Assembly: GCA_036351155.1 (NCBI GenBank)
Contig: JAZBOO010000229.1
Location: 1-22,636 of the forward strand
Length of the DNA stretch: 22,636 nt
Source: Candidatus Krumholzibacteriia bacterium
GTDB lineage: Bacteria > Krumholzibacteriota > Krumholzibacteriia > LZORAL124-64-63
Direction of reading: 5' to 3'
How positions within the stretch are numbered: position 1 is the stretch's first letter; the number at the start of each line of letters is the position of its first letter. A model generated the notes under the pieces. It saw nothing but the letters and a program-made list of their open reading frames with translations, did not search any database and had not been told where the DNA came from. The position numbers and the translations under genes were made by a program. Below are positions 15,532 through 22,636 of the stretch, piece after piece.

Positions 15532-16527
15532 ATGACCACGTTTCCTCCCGAGATGCAGGGCGAGAAGCTGACCCCGCCGGCCCACCCGGGTCTGGGGTTG
15601 ATCCGCGTCACCGAAGCTGCGGCGCTGGCTGCCGGCCGCTGGATGGGGCGCGATGACCGGGACGGTGCCGATCACGCCGCCCAGGATGCCATGGCCGCCG
15701 CCATCAACCTGTTGCCCATGCGGGGCACCATCATCTGTGGCGAGGAAAAGCGGGTGGGCACCCACTCGCCCCTCGACAGCGGCAACACCGTGGGCACGGG
15801 CGAGGGCCCGGAAATGGATGTCGAGCTGAACGCGATCGATGGCGCGGGGCTGGTGGCCAAGGGGCAGCAAGGCGCGGTGGCTGTGGCCGCCCTGGCGCCC
15901 AAGGGGACCATGTGGCGGCCTGGTTCGGCCATCTACATGAACAAGCTGGTGGTGGACCGCCGGGTGGCCGAGGCCATCGGGCAAGAGGCCCTCGAGGCAC
16001 CGCCGGCCTGGACCCTGGCCCTGGTGGCGCGGCAGAAGGAAAAACCCATCCAGGACCTGGTGGTGTTCATCGTGGACCGGCCGCGGCACCAGGAATTGAT
16101 CCGGGAAATCCGCAAGGCCGGGGCGCGCGTGTTTCTGCGCCAGGGTGGCGACGTGGGCGGAGCCCTGCTGGCCGCCGATCCCAGCACCCCGGTGGACCTG
16201 CTGATGGGCGTGGGTGGGGCGGCCGAGGCCCTGATTTCCGCCTGCGCGGTCAAGGCCCTGGGCGGCGCCATGCTGGCCCAGGTGGCACCTCAGAGCGAGG
16301 CCGAAAGGGTGGCTCTGCTGGACGAGGGTACCGACCTGAACCGAATCTTCCGCTGCAGCGATCTGGTCCAGGGGGATCGAGTGTACTTCTCGGCCACCGG
16401 AGTGACCGACGGGGTGTTGCTGGACGGGGTGTCGTACCACGGCAACACGGTGGAAACCCACACCCTGGCTCTGAGGCTGGAAACCGGCACACGTCGCATC
16501 ATCAACGCCGAGCACCGGGTGAGGTGA
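15532..16527 (+). CDS. glpX: GlpX (class II fructose-1,6-bisphosphatase)-like protein with degenerate catalytic motifs
   Basis: Start at ATG 15532 (RBS AAGGAG). Family motifs LIRVTEAAALAAGRWMG, AD.AA..AM, YM.KL, DRPRH..LI.EIR.AGARV, GDV, D.LMG.GG..E and FSATGVTDG.LL.GV. The canonical GEGE and DPxEGT are replaced by GEEK and NAIDGA. Confidence 0.85.
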   Translation: MTTFPPEMQGEKLTPPAHPGLGLIRVTEAAALAAGRWMGRDDRDGADHAAQDAMAAAINLLPMRGTIICGEEKRVGTHSPLDSGNTVGTGEGPEMDVELNAIDGAGLVAKGQQGAVAVAALAPKGTMWRPGSAIYMNKLVVDRRVAEAIGQEALEAPPAWTLALVARQKEKPIQDLVVFIVDRPRHQELIREIRKAGARVFLRQGGDVGGALLAADPSTPVDLLMGVGGAAEALISACAVKALGGAMLAQVAPQSEAERVALLDEGTDLNRIFRCSDLVQGDRVYFSATGVTDGVLLDGVSYHGNTVETHTLALRLETGTRRIINAEHRVR

Positions 16528-16537
16528 CAGCAATACC

Positions 16538-18703
16538 GTGAACACCACCTCGTCAGGAACCGCGAATCTGAATAGCCGGGCCGGTCTGAAGGCCCTGCTG
16601 GGGCAGGAATCTGCCTATCTCATTCGCCCCTGGACCCTTCTGAAGAACTACCGGAAGGCCGACCTGCGCCCCGACCTGGTGGCCGGCCTGACCGTGGCCG
16701 TGGTGCTTTTGCCCCAGGCCATTGCCTACGCCCTGATTGCCGAGCTGCCGGCGCAGATGGGGCTGTACTCGGCCATCGTGGCGGCGGTGATCGGCGGCCT
16801 GTGGGGCTCCAGCCGCCACCTGCACACCGGCCCCACCAACGCCACCAGCCTGCTGATCCTGGCCACCCTGCTCACCGTGACCCAGCCCGGGACTCCCGAG
16901 TTTCTGGCCGCCGCGGGACTGCTGGCGGTCATGGTCGGGATCATGAAACTGGCCATGGGCCTGCTGCGCATGGGCGTGCTGGTCAACTTCGTGGCCGACA
17001 GCGTTGTGCTGGGCTTCACGGCCGGAGCCGGAGTGCTGATCAGCGTGAACCAGCTGCGGCACTTGCTGCGCGTCGACATTGCCAGCAGCCCCGACATCCT
17101 GACCACCCTGCGCGACCTCATCTACCACGTGGGAGACATCCACCTGATCAGCCTGGGCCTGGGGCTGGGGACCATGCTGGTGATCGGCTTGCTGCGCCGG
17201 TTCAAGCCCGACTGGCCGGCGGCGCTGCTGGGAATGATCGGAGCCTCGGCGGTCACGGGCTTTTTCCAGCTGGATGATCAAGGTGTGCGGGTGCTGGGAG
17301 CCCTGCCCCAGAGCCTGCCGCCTTTCTCCGGCATCGCCCTGCCCACCCCGGGATTGCTGGGCCATCTGTCGGCCGGGGCCCTGGCGGTGTCGGCCATTGG
17401 CCTGGTGGAGGCGGTGTCCAGTGCCCGCAACATCGCCAGCAAGAGCGGCCAGCGGCTGGACAGCAACCAGGAGTTCGTGGGCCAGGGTTTGAGCAGCATC
17501 GTGTGCGGACTTTTCTCGGGCTTTGCCGTCAGCGGGTCGTTCACGCGATCGGCCATCAACTTCACGGCCGGGGGGCGCACCCCGCTGGCCAGCGTGTTCT
17601 CCGGAGCCTGGGTCATGGCGGCCATGTTCCTGCTGGCTCCCCTGGCTGTCTACCTGCCGCGGACCGCCCTGGCCGGCGTATTGCTGGTCACGGCCTTCGG
17701 CATGGCCGATCGGCGGGAAATGCGCAAGGTTCTGCGCACCAGCGTGGGCGACAGCTCCATCCTGGTGGCCACCTTCCTGGCCACCTTGCTGCTCCCCCTG
17801 GAGTTCGCGGTGCTGGCGGGCATGCTGGTGTCGTTCGCGCGCTACCTCATCAAGACCTCTACCCCCGGGGTGTATCCCGTGGTGCCGGACGAGAATTTCC
17901 GTCACTTCGTCAACGTGGAAGATTCGGCCATGTGTCCCCAGCTGGGGGTCATGAACATCGAAGGGTCGCTGTATTTCGGAGCGGTCAACCACGTGGAAGA
18001 GGCCATCCGCACCAACCAGGAAGAGAACCCGCGCCAGAAGTTCCTGCTGCTGCGCATGTACATGGTGGATCATTGCGATGTCAGCGGGATCCACATGCTG
18101 GAAAGCATTGTGCAGCGCTACCGCAAGCTGGGGGGCGACGTCTACATGGAAGGCGTGCGACCTCGCGTGCTGCACATGATTGCGCTGTACGGGTTTGACC
18201 GTGTTCTGGGGCACGACCACCTGCTGCAAAACGAGAACGCCATCAGCCACCTGTTTCACAAGGTGCTGAACCCCGGTTTCTGCGTGTATGAATGCCCGCA
18301 TCGGGTGTTCGCCGAGTGCCAGGCGCTGCCCAAGGATTCCCACGCGGGCGAGTTCCAGTTCATTACCGAGACGCCCGATCACCATATAGAGGAGCTGTCG
18401 CCCACGGTTCTGAAGCTGCTGACCGAGGATCCGGACGAGAAGCTTCTGCTGATCGATGTTCGCGAAAAAGGCGAGTTCCGCAACTGGCACATCAGGGGGG
18501 CGCGTCAAATTCCCCTGCGCCGGCTGGGGCAGGAGGGGCCCGATCTGCCCTCGGACCATTCCCTGGTTTTTGTCAGCCGTATCGGCCGCCGCAGCGAAAT
18601 GGCCGTGCATATCATGCAGGACCTGGGGCACCTGCGCGCCTTCAACCTCAAGGGTGGCATCCTGGCCTGGGAAGCGGCCGGCTATCCCATTGCCGTGGAG
18701 TAA
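16538..18703 (+). CDS. sulP: SulP/SLC26-family anion transporter with a STAS domain and a C-terminal rhodanese-like domain
   Basis: Motifs DLVAGLTVAVVLLPQAIAYA, GLYSA, GSS.HL.TGPT, NQEFVGQG and SGSFTRSAIN..AG. STAS motifs IEGSLYFG and D.SG..ML. Rhodanese motifs LIDVRE..EF...HI.GA and GGILAW, with loop SRIGRRS. Confidence 0.92.
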   Translation: MNTTSSGTANLNSRAGLKALLGQESAYLIRPWTLLKNYRKADLRPDLVAGLTVAVVLLPQAIAYALIAELPAQMGLYSAIVAAVIGGLWGSSRHLHTGPTNATSLLILATLLTVTQPGTPEFLAAAGLLAVMVGIMKLAMGLLRMGVLVNFVADSVVLGFTAGAGVLISVNQLRHLLRVDIASSPDILTTLRDLIYHVGDIHLISLGLGLGTMLVIGLLRRFKPDWPAALLGMIGASAVTGFFQLDDQGVRVLGALPQSLPPFSGIALPTPGLLGHLSAGALAVSAIGLVEAVSSARNIASKSGQRLDSNQEFVGQGLSSIVCGLFSGFAVSGSFTRSAINFTAGGRTPLASVFSGAWVMAAMFLLAPLAVYLPRTALAGVLLVTAFGMADRREMRKVLRTSVGDSSILVATFLATLLLPLEFAVLAGMLVSFARYLIKTSTPGVYPVVPDENFRHFVNVEDSAMCPQLGVMNIEGSLYFGAVNHVEEAIRTNQEENPRQKFLLLRMYMVDHCDVSGIHMLESIVQRYRKLGGDVYMEGVRPRVLHMIALYGFDRVLGHDHLLQNENAISHLFHKVLNPGFCVYECPHRVFAECQALPKDSHAGEFQFITETPDHHIEELSPTVLKLLTEDPDEKLLLIDVREKGEFRNWHIRGARQIPLRRLGQEGPDLPSDHSLVFVSRIGRRSEMAVHIMQDLGHLRAFNLKGGILAWEAAGYPIAVE

Positions 18704-18706
18704 AGA

Positions 18707-19591
18707 GTGGACCGCCAGCGTCAAGCCATGGTCTGTGGTCTGCTCAGTGTGCTGGCGTGGTCCACCGTGGCCACCGCCTTCAAGCTGGCGCTGCGGCACG
18801 CCGACCATTTCCAGCTGCTGTTCATGGCCACCGTGGTGTCCCTGGTATGCCTGGGAGGGGTCATCCTGGTGCAGGGCAAGGCGCGGCTGTTGCGTCAGGT
18901 CCCCCCGGACCAGTGGGGGCTGACGGCAGTCCTGGGCGTGCTGAATCCCTTCATCTACTACCTGGTGCTGTTCAAGGCCTATGACCTGTTGCCGGCCCAG
19001 GTGGCCCAGCCCATCAATTTCACCTGGGCCTTGACCTTGAGCTGGCTTTCGGTGCCCTTGCTGGGGCAGAAGCTGCGCCGCCGTGACCTGCTGGCCGGCG
19101 TGGTGTGCTATGCGGGGGTGGTGGTGATCTCGACCCAGGGCGACCTGACCACCTGGCAGGTGGCCAGCCCTGTGGGGGTGGCGCTGGCCCTGGGGTCCAC
19201 GCTGATCTGGGCGCTGTACTGGATCGGCAACACGCGCAGTCGTCTCGAACCGGTGGTGGGCCTGTTCCTGGGCTTCGCCGTGGCCCTGCCCCTGGTGACG
19301 GCGGCCTGCCTGTTGTTCAGCACCTTGCCGGTGGCGGGAGCCGCCTGGCTGGGGGGTGCCTACGTGGGGGCCTTCGAGATGGGCTTCACCTTCGTGCTGT
19401 GGTTGACCGCCCTCCGGTTGACCTACAGCACGGCGCGCATCGCCAACCTCATTTTCCTGGCGCCGTTTCTTTCCCTGGTTTTCATCAATTTTGTCCTGGA
19501 CGAAAAGGTGGTGCCGGCCACCTTTGTGGGACTGGTGCTCATCGTGGGCGGGCTGCTGTTCCAGAGTCGAGGCAAGGAGAAAACATCGTGA
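18707..19591 (+). CDS. EamA/DMT-family transporter
   Basis: About 10 hydrophobic segments; motifs WSTVATAFKLAL, LNPFIYYLVLFKAYDLLPAQVAQPINFTW and GAFEMGFTFVLW. GTG start lies 3 nt after the sulP stop. Confidence 0.9.
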   Translation: MDRQRQAMVCGLLSVLAWSTVATAFKLALRHADHFQLLFMATVVSLVCLGGVILVQGKARLLRQVPPDQWGLTAVLGVLNPFIYYLVLFKAYDLLPAQVAQPINFTWALTLSWLSVPLLGQKLRRRDLLAGVVCYAGVVVISTQGDLTTWQVASPVGVALALGSTLIWALYWIGNTRSRLEPVVGLFLGFAVALPLVTAACLLFSTLPVAGAAWLGGAYVGAFEMGFTFVLWLTALRLTYSTARIANLIFLAPFLSLVFINFVLDEKVVPATFVGLVLIVGGLLFQSRGKEKTS

Positions 19592-20376
19592 CGACACGGC
19601 ATGGACATGAGCAGGGCATGTTCTACCGGGAGGCCAACAGCGAAGCCGCCGGGCCGCCCCTTCTCTTCATTCACGGTCTGGGCGAGTCGGGTCTGTGCTT
19701 CGAGCACCTCCTGAGCGCTCCCCAGCTGAAGGGGCACCGCCTGCTGATCCCCGACCTGCCGGGTTACGGCCGCAGCCCCTGGCCCGAGGGCTTGCCGCTG
19801 GGCTTGGTGGATCAGGCCGATCACCTGGCGGGCTGGCTGCGCGGGCGGCAGGCCGTGCCGGCGGTGATCATCGGGCACAGCATGGGCGGCGTGGTGGCCT
19901 TGCTTCTGGCCGAGCGGCATCCCGATGTGGTGAGTGGGGTGATCGACATCGACGGGAACAAATCGCCCGGCGACTGCGTGTTCAGCAGCCAGGCCGGCCA
20001 GTACGATCTGGACACCTTTGCCGCCGCCGGATTCGACCAGATGCGGGCCCGTATTCACGACAAGGGTTACGAGGACACCGCCCAGCGGGGCTACTACGTG
20101 AGCCTGCGGCTGGCCGACCCTCGCACCTATCACCGCAATAGCCTGGAGCTGGTGGAGATGTCCGGCCGGCGCGACATGGCCCAGCGGTTGGCGGCCCTGG
20201 CAGTGCCGGCGGTGTACATCGCCGGGGTGCCTGATGGGGCCTCTGTCGAAACCCATGAACTGCTCGCGCAAGCCCAGGTCCCGGTGGTGGCCATCGAGCC
20301 TTCGGGGCACTGGCCGTTCATAGACCAGACGGCGCATTTTCTGGTGGCGCTGACCGAAATCCTGGCCGAGGAGTGA
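19588..20376 (+). CDS. Alpha/beta fold hydrolase
   Basis: Start reassigned to GTG 19588 (GTGA overlap with the DMT stop; RBS AAGGAG). Motifs LFIHGLG, PDLPGYGRS, nucleophile elbow GHSMGG and catalytic His in SGHW. Confidence 0.9.
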   Translation: MTTRHGHEQGMFYREANSEAAGPPLLFIHGLGESGLCFEHLLSAPQLKGHRLLIPDLPGYGRSPWPEGLPLGLVDQADHLAGWLRGRQAVPAVIIGHSMGGVVALLLAERHPDVVSGVIDIDGNKSPGDCVFSSQAGQYDLDTFAAAGFDQMRARIHDKGYEDTAQRGYYVSLRLADPRTYHRNSLELVEMSGRRDMAQRLAALAVPAVYIAGVPDGASVETHELLAQAQVPVVAIEPSGHWPFIDQTAHFLVALTEILAEE

Positions 20377-20379
20377 AGC

Positions 20380-20453
20380 TGTCCCGGTGTCCCGCTGGTG
20401 GCGGAAAACGGGACACCTGAGCGGGACACAATCGGGAGATCTCGGTGTCCCGC
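20380..20453. repeat. Cluster of TGTCCCG/CGGGACA direct and inverted repeats, candidate enhancer-binding-protein sites
   Basis: TGTCCCG at 20380, GGTGTCCCG at 20386-20394, CGGGACACC at 20409-20417, GCGGGACAC at 20421-20429 and GTGTCCCGC at 20445-20453. Confidence 0.6.
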
Positions 20454-20524
20454 CCCCGTGGAGAACCCCCCTCATCAAGTTTAATTCACTGAGCGACAGT
20501 GGCTTACGCGACAGGCGGCGTTAT

Positions 20525-20540
20525 TGGCATCGCGTTTGCA
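20525..20540 (+). promoter_or_regulatory. Sigma-54 (RpoN) -24/-12 promoter
   Basis: TGGCAT-CGCGT-TTGCA matches the consensus TGGCAC-N5-TTGCW with exact GG-N10-GC spacing. Confidence 0.72.
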
Positions 20541-20716
20541 ACTCATGGCCCAGACGCCTCCTGATCCAGCCTTTTGAGCGAGGGGCTGGATTGATAAGCA
20601 GCGGGGCCGGCCGGGCGAACCCGGCTCCGCTGCCCCCCTCCCTTGATTTCAGACTCCCAGTTGACGATTTTTAAACAAACCTTGAGACCGCTCCCTTCAA
20701 CATGAGGAGACCGGGG

Positions 20717-21787
20717 ATGTCTATTGCGATCACCAGGAATACCAATCCGGCCACGCCGCCCACCGACAATTTCGGGTTCGGGCAGCTGTTCACTCCGCAC
20801 ATGTTCGTCATGGACTACGCCGATGGGCAGTGGGGCGCCCCCCGCATCGAGCCCTATGGGCCGTTTTCCATCGATCCGGCCGCCAAGGTGCTGCACTACG
20901 GGCAGGAAATCTTCGAGGGCATGAAGGCCTACAAGAACGGCCAGGACGGCACCGTGCACATGTTCCGGCCCGACAAGAACATCCGCCGATTCAACATCAG
21001 CTGCGAGCGCATGTGCATGCCCCAGGTGGACGAGAAGCTGTTCATGGAGGCCCTGGACACGCTGATCGATCTGGATCGGGCCTGGGTTCCCGAAAGCCCC
21101 AACGCCCTGTACATCCGCCCCACCATGATCTCGACCCAGCACGGGCTCGGGGTCAAGGCCAGCACCGAGTACAAGTTCTACATCATCATCGGTCCGGTGG
21201 GCAGCTACTTTGCCGGGGGCATCAACCCGTTGAAGCTGCGGGTCGAGGAGAAGTATGTGCGGTCGGCTCCCGGCGGCACGGGCTACGCCAAGACGGGCGG
21301 CAACTACGCCGCGGCCTTGCTGCCCATCCATCTGGCCCAGAAGGCCGGCTATGACAACATCGTCTGGCTGGATGCCCGCACCATGGAGTACGTGGAGGAG
21401 ATGGGGGCGATGAATATCGCCTTCGTGTATGATGACAAGATCATCACCGCGCCCACCGGAGACACCATCCTGGACGGCGTGACCCGCGACTCGGTGGGCA
21501 TCCTGTTGCAGGATGAAGGACACCAGTGGGTGGAGGAGCATCCGGCCATCGCCACGATCATCGAGGACGCCCACAGCGGCAAGCTGAAGGAAGTCTTTGC
21601 CTGCGGGACCGCAGCTGTGGTCACCCCGGTGGGGATCATGCACTTCAAGGGTCATGATCACCAGATCGGCGACGGCCAGGAGGGTCCTCTGACCAAGAAG
21701 CTGCGCCATACCTTGACCGGTATCCATGCGGGCAACAGTGAGCTGCACCGCGAGTGGATCCACGTGGTACCCGCCCAGGACAAGTAG
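20717..21787 (+). CDS. ilvE: Branched-chain amino acid aminotransferase (PLP fold IV)
   Basis: Start at ATG 20717 (RBS GAGGAG). Motifs FG..FT.HM, LHYGQEIFEGMKAY, LYIRP, PLP-lysine AKTGGNYA, EE.GAMN, ILDGVTRDS and EVFACGTAAVVTPV. Confidence 0.95.
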   Translation: MSIAITRNTNPATPPTDNFGFGQLFTPHMFVMDYADGQWGAPRIEPYGPFSIDPAAKVLHYGQEIFEGMKAYKNGQDGTVHMFRPDKNIRRFNISCERMCMPQVDEKLFMEALDTLIDLDRAWVPESPNALYIRPTMISTQHGLGVKASTEYKFYIIIGPVGSYFAGGINPLKLRVEEKYVRSAPGGTGYAKTGGNYAAALLPIHLAQKAGYDNIVWLDARTMEYVEEMGAMNIAFVYDDKIITAPTGDTILDGVTRDSVGILLQDEGHQWVEEHPAIATIIEDAHSGKLKEVFACGTAAVVTPVGIMHFKGHDHQIGDGQEGPLTKKLRHTLTGIHAGNSELHREWIHVVPAQDK

Positions 21788-21818
21788 CGGGCCGACAAAA
21801 CCTCACGGAGGAGAGACC

Positions 21819-22601
21819 GTGCGCCATCTGAACCTGACCCGGCCCCTGGCCTTTTTCGACCTGGAAACCACGGGTGTGGACGTGGAAAAGGACCGGGTCG
21901 TTCAGATCGCGATCATCAGGGTGGAGCCCGACGGCACCCGCCGCACCTTCGACAGTCTGGTGAATCCCGAGCGGCCCATCCCCCCCGAGGCCACCCGGGT
22001 CCACGGCATCAAGGACTCCGACGTGGCGGATCAGCCCACGTTCAGCCAGATCCGCCGCGATGTGGAGGAAATGATCGAGGGTGCCGATCTGGCGGGCTTC
22101 AACTCGATCCGTTTTGACACTCCCCTGCTGCAAAACGAGCTGCGCTGGGCCGACAGCGCCCTGGACCTGCGCGATGTGGGCCAGGTGGACGCCATGCGCA
22201 TTTTCCATCTGATGGAGCCGCGCAACCTGTCCGCTGCGCTCAAGTTCTATTGCGGTCAGGAATTGACCGACGCCCACAGTGCCCTGGCCGACACCGAGGC
22301 CACCCTGGCCGTGCTCGATGCCCAGCTGGGCCGCTACGAGGAGCTGCCCCGTGATCTGGCCGGCCTGCACAAGCTGTGCAATCCCGACGAGGGGCGATTC
22401 GTCGAACGCACCCGGAAGTTCGTGTGGACCAGCGACGGCGACGCCGCCTTCACCTTTGGCAAGCTCAAGGGCAAAACATTGCAGGAGGCCGTGCAGGGTG
22501 ACGGGCGAGGCTATCTGGAGTGGATGCTGAACAAGGATTTCAGCGCCGAGGTCAAGGATATCCTCCGCAATGCCCTGCAGGGCGTTTTCCCCAGCAAGTA
22601 G
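21819..22601 (+). CDS. DnaQ-like DEDDh 3'-5' exonuclease (Pol III epsilon-like) with a C-terminal FGK..G..L...YL.W domain
   Basis: Start reassigned to GTG 21819 (RBS GGAGGAG). Motifs FFDLETTG, VNPERPIP.EAT.VHGI, GFNSIRFD and AHSALAD. Confidence 0.9.
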   Translation: MRHLNLTRPLAFFDLETTGVDVEKDRVVQIAIIRVEPDGTRRTFDSLVNPERPIPPEATRVHGIKDSDVADQPTFSQIRRDVEEMIEGADLAGFNSIRFDTPLLQNELRWADSALDLRDVGQVDAMRIFHLMEPRNLSAALKFYCGQELTDAHSALADTEATLAVLDAQLGRYEELPRDLAGLHKLCNPDEGRFVERTRKFVWTSDGDAAFTFGKLKGKTLQEAVQGDGRGYLEWMLNKDFSAEVKDILRNALQGVFPSK

Positions 22602-22636
22602 ATCCGAGCTAAGTTTCCGGCCAATCCTGCCGAACA

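Noticed and set aside
16553..19597. 1014-aa minus-strand ORF, and other long antisense ORFs (775-2412, 2755-3687, 5155-6978, 12684-13835, 15379-16548, 20543-21763)
   Set aside because: They mirror well-supported plus-strand genes, show no family motifs, and have the composition expected of shadow ORFs in GC-rich DNA.
20380..20453. Short repeats considered as a CRISPR or REP/MITE element
   Set aside because: The units are only 7-10 nt, mixed in orientation and irregularly spaced, with no cas genes or target-site duplication. They fit protein-binding sites better.

Overview
A GC-rich bacterial chromosomal window. It contains no rRNA, tRNA, CRISPR array or recognisable mobile element. (1) 1-7360 is the end of a type IV pilus minor-pilin operon: a pilW-like 3' end, a pilX-like gene, then a tandem duplication of a two-gene module (918-aa PilY1 adhesin plus a ~150-aa secreted partner), closed by an intrinsic terminator. 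(2) 7460-10722 holds a phytase-like lipoprotein divergent from a glycerophosphodiester phosphodiesterase, with a perfect 20-bp palindrome between them, followed by a DUF309 protein and a rhodanese lipoprotein. (3) 10993-14057 is a co-oriented accessory cluster. It encodes a membrane-anchored Cys/His-rich protein resembling the animal Pinocchio zinc-finger pattern and an ERI1/ERI3-type DEDDh exonuclease that looks very eukaryote-like. A ~400-nt structured spacer with two small upstream ORFs follows, then a PcfJ-domain protein. (4) 14126-15382 is a multi-domain lipoprotein. (5) 15532-20376 is a tight operon: a GlpX-like protein with a degenerate active site, a SulP-STAS-rhodanese(Cys>Ser) transporter, an EamA/DMT transporter and an alpha/beta hydrolase. 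(6) A sigma-54 promoter with upstream inverted repeats and a hairpin leader precedes ilvE and a DnaQ-like exonuclease. All family calls come from motif recognition by eye and from memory; no searches were run.
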